Program-made: the position numbers and the translations under genes
Notes under the pieces: model-generated
What the model saw: the letters and a program-made list of their open reading frames with translations, nothing else
Database searches by the model: none
Told to the model about the DNA's origin: nothing
Virus record (IMG/VR): IMGVR_UViG_3300042464_000289
Coordinates: 1-53,960 of that record
DNA length: 53,960 nt
Source of the DNA: a virus
Taxonomy: Duplodnaviria; Caudoviricetes
Direction: 5' to 3' (one strand)
Part shown: piece after piece, positions 35,688-44,009 of the stretch
Layout: each line of letters opens with the position of its first letter
Position numbering within the stretch: position 1 is the first letter of the stretch

Positions 35688-36290
35688 CTATACTCTGCCA
35701 GGGTATTTTGCCAGGTCTACAGTAGACTCTGGCAGTAAAGACTTTTCTCGCCTCTTAGTTACTTTGAAGTTATACTCTGTGTAACTCTTAGGCAGTAGTT
35801 CCTCAGGGATGTTAACCCCGCTACGTAGCTGATTAGTTAGCCATTCTCGAAAGTGTACATAGTGAATAACTATAGACCCTGAGGCTATCACAGATTCGTC
35901 TTGCACCTTCAGTACTTCTCGCAAGAACCTATCGTACACTTCTTCGTTGCCTTCGCGCTTTATGTTAGGAATAGCCTTCTTAGGGTCAGGCATACCAGTT
36001 ACATATTCTGCGTCTACTTTGAATTCCTCAGGAGGCGCCTGCGTGAAGGCTACACAGGCTGCGTGTTGCGCTTCCTCATACCTTCTAGACACTTCCTTCC
36101 GAAGACTATCTAAAAGCTTCTCAGACTCGCGAAGCACGTAGACTAGGTCTGCAAGGTTTTCCAGGGGCGTAGCCCTTGTGTCTTGTATAGCCTTATCTAC
36201 TCCAGGCAGTTCGTGAGCTATCGTAGCTCCTACTACCGCAGATAGTTTTACTAGCTTTCTGTACGCTTCTAGTGCGCTAGGGTGTAGCAT
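35688..36290 (-). CDS. Conserved-type phage replication-region protein
   Basis: N-terminal coiled coil and IHY..FREWL...G.NIP motif. Confidence 0.55.
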   Translation of the reverse strand: MLHPSALEAYRKLVKLSAVVGATIAHELPGVDKAIQDTRATPLENLADLVYVLRESEKLLDSLRKEVSRRYEEAQHAACVAFTQAPPEEFKVDAEYVTGMPDPKKAIPNIKREGNEEVYDRFLREVLKVQDESVIASGSIVIHYVHFREWLTNQLRSGVNIPEELLPKSYTEYNFKVTKRREKSLLPESTVDLAKYPGRV

Positions 36291-36314
36291 TTGTGTTAGC
36301 CTTTGCTGTGTGCG

Positions 36315-36680
36315 TTACTGCCTGTGTATACTTACTTCCGAGCTTGTACCTTCTTTCAGTACAACAGGCGCAAAACGGTTCTCTGCCTTAGAGAAGGCTA
36401 GAACCGTTACACTGTAGGGTGCATGGTCCTGTACCGTTATAACCTGTATAACCTGAGAGATAGCCAGTAGTGTGCCTACTAGGGCTACTGCGTCTGTCTC
36501 ACTATTGTAGCCTACGTTACGCAGGGCCTTAGCTGCCCATAGCGCGAAGTTCTCAGTAGACCAGAACGAAGGCATAGGCACTGCCCTAGACAGTACTACT
36601 ATCTGCCCTACAGACTCTAGCATAACTAAGTCTTCTGCGTTCCTCAGTTCGTCGTACAGTATAACGCGCTTAATCGGCAT
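36315..36680 (-). CDS. Hypothetical protein
   Basis: 121 aa coupled to the SNF2 helicase. Confidence 0.6.
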   Translation of the reverse strand: MPIKRVILYDELRNAEDLVMLESVGQIVVLSRAVPMPSFWSTENFALWAAKALRNVGYNSETDAVALVGTLLAISQVIQVITVQDHAPYSVTVLAFSKAENRFAPVVLKEGTSSEVSIHRQ

Positions 36681-38727
36681 CTAAGTTCCCCTTAACCATG
36701 TCGTTCAAAATATCTTCTACGTCTGTCATGTTGAACGCTATAAGCTCCTTAGCGTCCAGAGCTTCGTTAATCTTTACCTCTACAGTGCCGAATCCTACTA
36801 GGGTCTGTACTCTTACAGGTTCCCTAGTGCCTACTCTGTGCGCTCTAGCGTCTGACTGTGCGCGGTTAATCCTAGAATAGTCGTAGACGTACCTGATAAC
36901 TCTGCTAGCGTTGCAGGGAGACAATTCAGGGCGCCCTATAGGGTAGCCTAGAAGGTTAAGGCCTGGACCTGCTGCAGCTTGATTAGCTACCATAACTCTT
37001 ACTGCTGTAGGTCCTGTAGGATCGTAGCTAGCTGAGGTCTTAAGCGCTTCATCGTTAAAGGTATCTACAGCTACCTGCCTGTCCTTCTCTGAAGTCTCAC
37101 CATTGAACCTTACAGCTACTATTCCTTCTGCTTCTAGCCGTCTTAGTATCATGTCCTGCGCGTATGTCTGACAGGCCCACACAATAAACTTTTCTGTGCT
37201 TGGCGCCTCTTTAATCTGCTCTACTAGCCAGTCTAGCTTAGGCACTTCTGCAAATTCTTCGAACCATGCAGGCTTAACTACTTCCTCTGTTACAGGGTCC
37301 TTCACTGCGTCATACTTAAGGAAGCCAGAGATAACCTGCGTTAGCTTAAGAGACTTAGTCAGGGCGTTCTGTATTAGTATGTTTCTGTCACTGTTAGCCC
37401 TGCTGTTTACCTTAAGGCCGTCCATGTCCTCTGTGATAGATAGGGCTAACTCTGTTGCCAGTCTCTTATAGCATAGCTTCTGTTGCTTAGTTAGCGGTAC
37501 TGTTACTACCTCATACATAAGCGCTGGAAGGTGTGGCAGGGCCTGCGCCTTAGTTACTACGAAGGCGTTCCGCGCTATACGTTCTCTAAGCAGAGGCATG
37601 TTAAGCGCTGCGTCTAATCGTTGCACACTAGAGGCGTACTGCGGGACAGGCTTAGAGTAGTACTTCTTAAAGTCAGGGAAGGTAGTAAAGCCTGAACAGC
37701 CTGCATACAGAAACTCTAGTTGTGACCATAGATCATAGATAGAGTTTCCTATAGGAGTACCTGTTAGAATGATACGCTTACGAAACATCCCTCTAGCTGC
37801 TAGCAGAGACTTAGTTATGCCTGCGCTAGGGTTCTTTATCGTGTGTGATTCGTCTACTATGCAAACGTCTAAGGCGTCTATCTGTAGCAGTGTGAATAGT
37901 CTGCATAGCTCTGCTGCGCTGGCATAGCTTACAATAGCTATAGCACCATCATGTGTGCCCTGGTTCTTAGTGGTTACAAACAATTCGTGTACGGTAGCTA
38001 TCCTCTGCGGTAGTCCGCCTACTACCATTTTAGCCTTGATAGGTACAGGGCTAAATTTAGCTATTTCACGTTCCCAATTCAACCTAACGTTGTTAGGGCA
38101 TACCACTAGGCCACGAAAGAAGCGCTTACCCTTCTTAGCCTTTATAGCTTCCCACGCTGCAGCTATGATAGCCGCAAAAGTTTTACCTGTGCCCTGCTCC
38201 ATTAGCATTGCGAAGCCAGGAGCAGTTATAGCGTTAAGTGCTGCTACTGACTGGTAGCTGTTCGGTACTGTATCGGGCTTTAACTCTAGCGGTAGAGTAA
38301 CGGTCTTACCTGAGTCCATCCAGGCATTAAAACGCGCTGCGTTTGCTTCACCTGCTAGGAACCGCATAAGGCAGTTTGTGTAGGTTAACTCTGTCTGCTG
38401 GTCTTCAAAAGTTACCTGTGCCTTATCCCATGAATTCTCTACCCGCAGAACAGTGAAGTCTGATACATGAAGCGTATAGTAGCTTCCCTGTACGTGCTGA
38501 CTCTTCTTAACTCTAGCGAAGCCAGGAGTAGCTGTAGCCCAATTGCAAGACCTAGGCCCAGCAAACGTTGGTTGATAGCCAGGGACAGAACGGTTAATCC
38601 TAGCTATGAACTTGTTACCGTCATTGTTAAGCCCTAGGTGTAGCTTGTCGGAAGGGTCTACCGTCTCTGAATCCCGCAGCATAGCTAGGCTAGCTGCGCT
38701 TAAGTTCAGGCCTTTGGGTAGTGGCAT
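36670..38727 (-). CDS. SNF2-family SF2 helicase
   Basis: MEQGTGKT, VDESHTIKN, LTGTPIGN, GPGLNL, QSDARAHRVG. Confidence 0.93.
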   Translation of the reverse strand: MPLPKGLNLSAASLAMLRDSETVDPSDKLHLGLNNDGNKFIARINRSVPGYQPTFAGPRSCNWATATPGFARVKKSQHVQGSYYTLHVSDFTVLRVENSWDKAQVTFEDQQTELTYTNCLMRFLAGEANAARFNAWMDSGKTVTLPLELKPDTVPNSYQSVAALNAITAPGFAMLMEQGTGKTFAAIIAAAWEAIKAKKGKRFFRGLVVCPNNVRLNWEREIAKFSPVPIKAKMVVGGLPQRIATVHELFVTTKNQGTHDGAIAIVSYASAAELCRLFTLLQIDALDVCIVDESHTIKNPSAGITKSLLAARGMFRKRIILTGTPIGNSIYDLWSQLEFLYAGCSGFTTFPDFKKYYSKPVPQYASSVQRLDAALNMPLLRERIARNAFVVTKAQALPHLPALMYEVVTVPLTKQQKLCYKRLATELALSITEDMDGLKVNSRANSDRNILIQNALTKSLKLTQVISGFLKYDAVKDPVTEEVVKPAWFEEFAEVPKLDWLVEQIKEAPSTEKFIVWACQTYAQDMILRRLEAEGIVAVRFNGETSEKDRQVAVDTFNDEALKTSASYDPTGPTAVRVMVANQAAAGPGLNLLGYPIGRPELSPCNASRVIRYVYDYSRINRAQSDARAHRVGTREPVRVQTLVGFGTVEVKINEALDAKELIAFNMTDVEDILNDMVKGNLDAD

Positions 38728-38763
38728 TTTGAAGGCTCTTTGTGTGCGTTGTTACTGTGTGCG

Positions 38764-38822
38764 TCTGTTACTGTGTACCTGGCTGCGCTTCATGGAATCC
38801 CGAAAATCTCGAAAGATTTTTG
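38764..38822 (-). promoter_or_regulatory. CCAGGTACA-type putative promoter heading the replication block
   Basis: CCAGGTACACAGTAACAGA identical to 26669-26687; AT-rich upstream tract. Confidence 0.6.
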
Positions 38823-38841
38823 ACTGTTCCTCTTTACACCC

Positions 38842-39711
38842 TTACGGGTTAGCTAGCCAGTCCTGCGCCCTTTGTCTAGCCTCTAGTATGCCTGAGGCTA
38901 GCCACTGGCTAGAGGTACTGCAGTACGTGCCGCCTTCGTTGTATAGCTTAGCAGACGTTACGCTTCTACAGTGGTCTATCATGTGGTCTAGCGTGCGCTG
39001 TGCGTTGCGCTCTGTACCTACCACCTTAACTGTAAGGCCTGCTTCCCTTATCAGGTAGTTAATAAGCAGTTCAGTGTCAGGCCAATTAGGGGAAGTAGCA
39101 GGCGCTATACTATGCTCTGCTGTAATGCCGTCAGGGTGCGCCTTAGTGTTGCAAAGGCGTCTAAGTGACCACCCGGCGCCTATCCTGTCCATAGCTTTCA
39201 TATCGTACATGGTCAGTGTATGTCCTAGCATCCCGCGCCAGTCAGTATGAGGGCGCTCTGTAATCTCGTAGCCTGCTGCTACTGTAGTAGGCTTATCCTG
39301 TGTAAGTGCTGTGTACAAGTCCTGCACTACATGTCTAGACCTTAGGAAACAGTCTGCGTGTGTAGCCAACATGTAAGGCGTAGTGCAAGCGCTGAAGGCT
39401 AGGTCCATAGCTATTGCGGGGAAGTCGCTAGGGTGTCTTACAGCGCGGAACCTTAGACAGTGTACTTCGATATCGTCTGACTCATAGCTTAGCAGCTTGT
39501 CGCGCTCTTGCTTGTCACTGCCTGTATCTATCAGCACTATATGAGGCCTGAGAGATTGTAATCGCAGCAGAGGTATAGCAGCGCCTATAGCTTCTGCTGC
39601 GTTGTAGACAGGTATAGCTACCGTTACAAGTCTTTCCCAGGGCTTAGTAATGCAATCACCTTCCCAGGGCTTATGTACGAAGCTACCGCGCAGTGGTACT
39701 ATATTTGACAT
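38842..39711 (-). CDS. Glycosyltransferase family 2 (GT-A fold)
   Basis: VTVAIPVYN, VLIDTGS, THADC (DxD-equivalent); start reassigned to MSNIVPL. Confidence 0.85.
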   Translation of the reverse strand: MSNIVPLRGSFVHKPWEGDCITKPWERLVTVAIPVYNAAEAIGAAIPLLRLQSLRPHIVLIDTGSDKQERDKLLSYESDDIEVHCLRFRAVRHPSDFPAIAMDLAFSACTTPYMLATHADCFLRSRHVVQDLYTALTQDKPTTVAAGYEITERPHTDWRGMLGHTLTMYDMKAMDRIGAGWSLRRLCNTKAHPDGITAEHSIAPATSPNWPDTELLINYLIREAGLTVKVVGTERNAQRTLDHMIDHCRSVTSAKLYNEGGTYCSTSSQWLASGILEARQRAQDWLANP

Positions 39712-41087
39712 GTCCCGTCTCTCTTCTCGCCCTGAAATGTGCCTGCTGTGTACGGAGGCACTGCAGTATAGCCAGGCCCGCAATTGTTAGATGTTAGTAC
39801 CCAACCTAGTTGGGTAAAGTAGCTTTCCACTGTGTAGTCCCAGGTATATACGCAGGTCTTGTTAGTGCCGTCTTGTATCAGTGCATTGAATATGTTTCTG
39901 CACTGATTGTCGTCTACTCTAAACAGTACTTCTATTACCGGAACAGGGTCTTGAAAACCTATGCACCTGTTTGTAGCAGGCGTAAGCCCGTAAGGTACTT
40001 CAGCTATGTATCCGTACCCCATTAGAGTAGGTGGGCCGTCGTTAGATAGGTCTATGTCGTATGCACTTACATCAGGGAAGTTAGTAACGTCTAGCCATGT
40101 AGCTTCAGTCGTTACGCTATGCAGTTGGTGCAGTTCTTTAGCATTATAAGCAGCTACGTTATTAGGATACCTAACATCGTTAGGCCTGTAATCATTCTGC
40201 CCAGAGCCTCTGTATAGAGTTACATCGCCGTACTGCGCCTGTATCCTGTTTTGAAGTGTCTGCGTAGGGTGTCTAAAGTCTAAGGAAGTAGATATAGTCT
40301 TTGTTGCAGGCGCTATTAGTACTCTGCCGTTCTGAACTAGGACAGGCCTGTAGAAGCTATTAAACTTTCTAAGGCCGTCCTGCCTTGCTGAGGAAACTCC
40401 TACTATTAGTAGTTCGTCCATGTAGGATGTAGACGTTTGCCCTATAAACGATAGTGAAGAAACGACTATAGCAGCTACTTCAGGTCTTAGAACGTCGAAG
40501 TCGTGGTGGCATAGCCAAGTTTCTTTGGCTAGCCTGTACTCCCTAAGGTAGCCCATAGGCGTGAACCTAAGGCTAGGTACGTGAGAAGTAAGAACGCTGC
40601 CTAGCTCTGAACTGTGCCACTGCTTAGAGCCTAGGTAAGGAGTCTTAACGTTAGGGCCTGCTACCTCTACGCCCGTTACCCCTAACTTATTTATAGCTCC
40701 AGTGCGGACAAAAGGATTAGTACACCCAGGGACATACGGATTAGGTGAGACTACGTACCTAAGAACTGGGAAGTGCGTAACCTCTGCGCTTGGCGCTGCT
40801 GTTGTGTGGAAGTAATGCGCCCGTGGCGAAGGGGAAGGCATGTTAGTAGCATTAGCGCCTACGCCTACTCCTACAGTCCTAAGCTCCCTACCATGTACTG
40901 GTACTATTTCGCCTGGAGAATCAGCGGGCTGGTCTGGGACATACAGGCCAGCAGCCTGTAGATTGTCTCTAGCTACACCAAAGGAACTCCATTCTGTGCC
41001 ACTGCCTAACACCTTATGTACTACAGCAGGTGCGCTACCGTACTTATGTTGAAACGTACTGGCAGAAGCTAAGTAGGGGTCAGACAT
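39699..41087 (-). CDS. Probable tail-tip/structural protein
   Basis: 462 aa, fourth gene after tape measure; no recognised family. Confidence 0.6.
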   Translation of the reverse strand: MSDPYLASASTFQHKYGSAPAVVHKVLGSGTEWSSFGVARDNLQAAGLYVPDQPADSPGEIVPVHGRELRTVGVGVGANATNMPSPSPRAHYFHTTAAPSAEVTHFPVLRYVVSPNPYVPGCTNPFVRTGAINKLGVTGVEVAGPNVKTPYLGSKQWHSSELGSVLTSHVPSLRFTPMGYLREYRLAKETWLCHHDFDVLRPEVAAIVVSSLSFIGQTSTSYMDELLIVGVSSARQDGLRKFNSFYRPVLVQNGRVLIAPATKTISTSLDFRHPTQTLQNRIQAQYGDVTLYRGSGQNDYRPNDVRYPNNVAAYNAKELHQLHSVTTEATWLDVTNFPDVSAYDIDLSNDGPPTLMGYGYIAEVPYGLTPATNRCIGFQDPVPVIEVLFRVDDNQCRNIFNALIQDGTNKTCVYTWDYTVESYFTQLGWVLTSNNCGPGYTAVPPYTAGTFQGEKRDGTCQI

Positions 41088-42372
41088 ACAAGCTCCTTAG
41101 ACCTTCTGATAGGTAAGTGCATGACGGCTGTAGTTTTTTCTTCATAAGGGCCATTATAAACTGGTTAGTCTGCCACTGACTCTGTACCACACTGCCGTAG
41201 TAGGTACTACCTAAAGGGACCCAACCTATGGTCAGGACTCTTCCACCATTAGGTAGTACCTCTGCTACAGCCTTTATGTTTAGATACCTATTAGGTCCTG
41301 CTGAGTACGTCCACCCTGATAAGGAGTTAGTATCTATCCTGCCTACAGCATTGCACATTGGCATACACATTAACGCTGTGCCTTGTACGTCTGTTGTTCT
41401 TAGTAAGACCTTGTTGTATTGGTTAGCGCCGTAAGTATTGTAGGTAATAGACTCTGTTCTATTTATAGGGCCGTTTAGTTGGTTCATGCCAGGGTACTCA
41501 GGACTAAACCCTGGACCATTTCTGTACGGTACATTATGTGTACGAAGGTAATCTATACCTGCATTAGCTCCGCCTGTTAGGTCTGTTATGTTATAGGTCT
41601 TAGTCTTGTCGTACCCATAGTAACTAGGGATACCGTTCTGACGGTTAGCGTCAGCTATCATCCTAGCTGTGCTGTAGGTTACAACTCTATTCGCTAGAGG
41701 CATACCAGATGTTAGCCAAGTATCTGGATTATAAGACCACGCAGCGTTTCTAGGGTACATTAGCTGCATAGACTTAACATCTACACCAGTACGCGCAGAC
41801 TCTTCACTAACAGAGGCTACACTAGCCTTAGAACCTATAGCGTATAGAAAAGAATTAAGCTTAGCCCTGTCTGCTGCAAGCGCCTGAAGCTCTGCTATAT
41901 TAGCTTCCTGCTCCGATATAAAGCTAGCTGCTTCATGTGTGGCAGACAGTATAAGTACTCCGCCCTGAGATAAGAAGTCTAATAGCTGATTAAATTCATC
42001 GCTGCCTACAGGAGGAACATACACTTTAGAAAACGGCGCAGCAGGGTTACCTGTGAATGAATTAGGTATGTAGCCATAGTAGACAGCATCTAGTTTAGAT
42101 GTGCCCATACCCTTAGTTCCTGCGTAAGTGCTAGCACTTAGAACGTCTACGTCATCCTCTAAAAAATGCAGTATACTGCTAGTATGCGCCATAATTCCAT
42201 AAGTCTGTTTGAACTCCATGTTAGCGTTTGCAGGTCCTGGAAAGCCTGTGCTATACAAGTGCCTAGCGTTATTATAGTTGCCGTGGCTTTTCCATATCCA
42301 GTACGGTATCCCTATACCTAGGGGCTGAGCGCACTCACCACACTTACATGAGCCTAAGTTACGTCTACCCAT
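41080..42372 (-). CDS. Probable tail-tip/receptor-binding protein
   Basis: N-terminal CKCGEC cluster; Gly/Asn/Tyr-rich body. Confidence 0.6.
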   Translation of the reverse strand: MGRRNLGSCKCGECAQPLGIGIPYWIWKSHGNYNNARHLYSTGFPGPANANMEFKQTYGIMAHTSSILHFLEDDVDVLSASTYAGTKGMGTSKLDAVYYGYIPNSFTGNPAAPFSKVYVPPVGSDEFNQLLDFLSQGGVLILSATHEAASFISEQEANIAELQALAADRAKLNSFLYAIGSKASVASVSEESARTGVDVKSMQLMYPRNAAWSYNPDTWLTSGMPLANRVVTYSTARMIADANRQNGIPSYYGYDKTKTYNITDLTGGANAGIDYLRTHNVPYRNGPGFSPEYPGMNQLNGPINRTESITYNTYGANQYNKVLLRTTDVQGTALMCMPMCNAVGRIDTNSLSGWTYSAGPNRYLNIKAVAEVLPNGGRVLTIGWVPLGSTYYGSVVQSQWQTNQFIMALMKKKLQPSCTYLSEGLRSLYV

Positions 42373-43223
42373 TACGCTGGTTCCTTAGCCTTACCTGTAA
42401 GGCCTGATATAGCAGAGCATGAAGACCAGATAACCCTGAATTCGTTTCTAATGTACCTGATTAGAACATGTGTGCCGTCTTCATATGTTTCGCTAGGGTC
42501 TCTAGGATGTACGTCTACTCTACAGTTTGTTACTTCATCCTTAAGCAGGTCTGCTGTTAAGGCGTAAGGCTTAGCAGCTATTATGCCTGCAACGTAAGTG
42601 CTGCGGTTATCTAGAAAGGCAGTGCCCTGTGTAGAGTCACCGCTAGCAGGCTTTATAATAACTGCGTCCCATACCTCTACAGTGTCCAGCATAGCCCAAC
42701 AATAGTAATCGCCGGAAGACTCTGCAGGATCTTTGAAGGGTTTAGTTAGAAGTATTAGCCCGCCTTCACCTGCGCTTATAGTGCCTTCGTTATCTCGCCT
42801 ACCACACGGCGCGCCCTCTACAAACTTGCGCTTATAGCCTACGTCTGCTGTAGTGTCCCTGCACTTAAGTCTGTACGGTATTCCAGGCTGCAGGTATTCA
42901 GCGTATACCGTAGCGTCTCCGAAGTTAGCGCTAGTTACTCTAAGCGTTAACGGCGCCCTGCCTAGAGTAGCCTGAAGCTTAGGCCTAAGTTCTCTGTCAG
43001 TAGCTGTAGCAGTAAATCCTACAGCGCCTACAAGGGTGTTAGCTTGCAAGTTTACGGGCGTACCGTTTAGCGTTATAGGTGCAAGCTCTAGGCCTTCTAC
43101 TGCGCTGCCTGGTGGAGTACTGTAGGCCTTCTTATTTACTTCATCTACTAGAGAACCCAACCAGGAAGCGCTGTGAATGTTCTGGTCGAAGTCTTCCCCT
43201 ACAGAAGGCCGTCTTACTGTCAT
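42372..43223 (-). CDS. Probable tail protein
   Basis: 283 aa, second gene after tape measure. Confidence 0.6.
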   Translation of the reverse strand: MTVRRPSVGEDFDQNIHSASWLGSLVDEVNKKAYSTPPGSAVEGLELAPITLNGTPVNLQANTLVGAVGFTATATDRELRPKLQATLGRAPLTLRVTSANFGDATVYAEYLQPGIPYRLKCRDTTADVGYKRKFVEGAPCGRRDNEGTISAGEGGLILLTKPFKDPAESSGDYYCWAMLDTVEVWDAVIIKPASGDSTQGTAFLDNRSTYVAGIIAAKPYALTADLLKDEVTNCRVDVHPRDPSETYEDGTHVLIRYIRNEFRVIWSSCSAISGLTGKAKEPA

Positions 43224-44008
43224 AGGAATAAACTCGATAGGTCTGCAGGGAGATAGTTATTATGTCTTACGCTGGCGCCTGAAACGTCTGCCCTATATAT
43301 ATACTCATAGCTGTTAGTTTCAGCGCGAAAATACCTGTTCCAGCCCTGAGGGTTATACAACCAGTTCTGCGTATAGTTCCACCCTTCACTGCCTGTAGTA
43401 GTAATGGTTCTATCGAAGCTAGGTGCGTCGTAGGTTAGAGTCTCTGCTGCAAAGCTAACGCCTAGTAAGGGGCTAGTATAGCTGTTACTGTTGCACTTGC
43501 CAAAGGCAGACATAGCTAGAGAGGGTATAGAAGATAGCCTGTATAGCTTACGTACTATCTTACACTTAGGAAGGAATACACCAGGCGCTTCCTCAGGCGT
43601 TAGCGGTGGTCCGTTCTTAGAACCCCACCTAAACATGCGATAGTCTAGGCGTACGAATTCCCCCATAGGCTCTATACTTTCAGCTACTATAGGAAAGCTA
43701 CCTACTGAGCGCGTAGTAGGCTTACCATAGTTAACTGTTACTATAGAAGTCCTGCAGGTCTGCCCCTGACCTGATGAAGCCCAATTCTGGTCTCCCGGCT
43801 TTATAGAGCATGATAAAGCAACAGGGACAAAAGCGCTAGTTACATAAGGATACGGCCTAGCATTTAGCAGTAGATCATCTGCTAAGTAGAACCTATTTTC
43901 TGTAAGGCAGCGCAGGTCTACAGAGGCTGTTATCTCGCCGTCCTGTAGACTTAGGCTTTCCTTAGCTCCGCCTTCCTGTGCGCAGGCTACAAGTGAAAAC
44001 ACTGTCAT
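43220..44008 (-). CDS. Probable distal tail/hub protein
   Basis: 262 aa directly after tape measure; beta-rich. Confidence 0.6.
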   Translation of the reverse strand: MTVFSLVACAQEGGAKESLSLQDGEITASVDLRCLTENRFYLADDLLLNARPYPYVTSAFVPVALSCSIKPGDQNWASSGQGQTCRTSIVTVNYGKPTTRSVGSFPIVAESIEPMGEFVRLDYRMFRWGSKNGPPLTPEEAPGVFLPKCKIVRKLYRLSSIPSLAMSAFGKCNSNSYTSPLLGVSFAAETLTYDAPSFDRTITTTGSEGWNYTQNWLYNPQGWNRYFRAETNSYEYIYRADVSGASVRHNNYLPADLSSLFL

Positions 44009-44009
44009 A

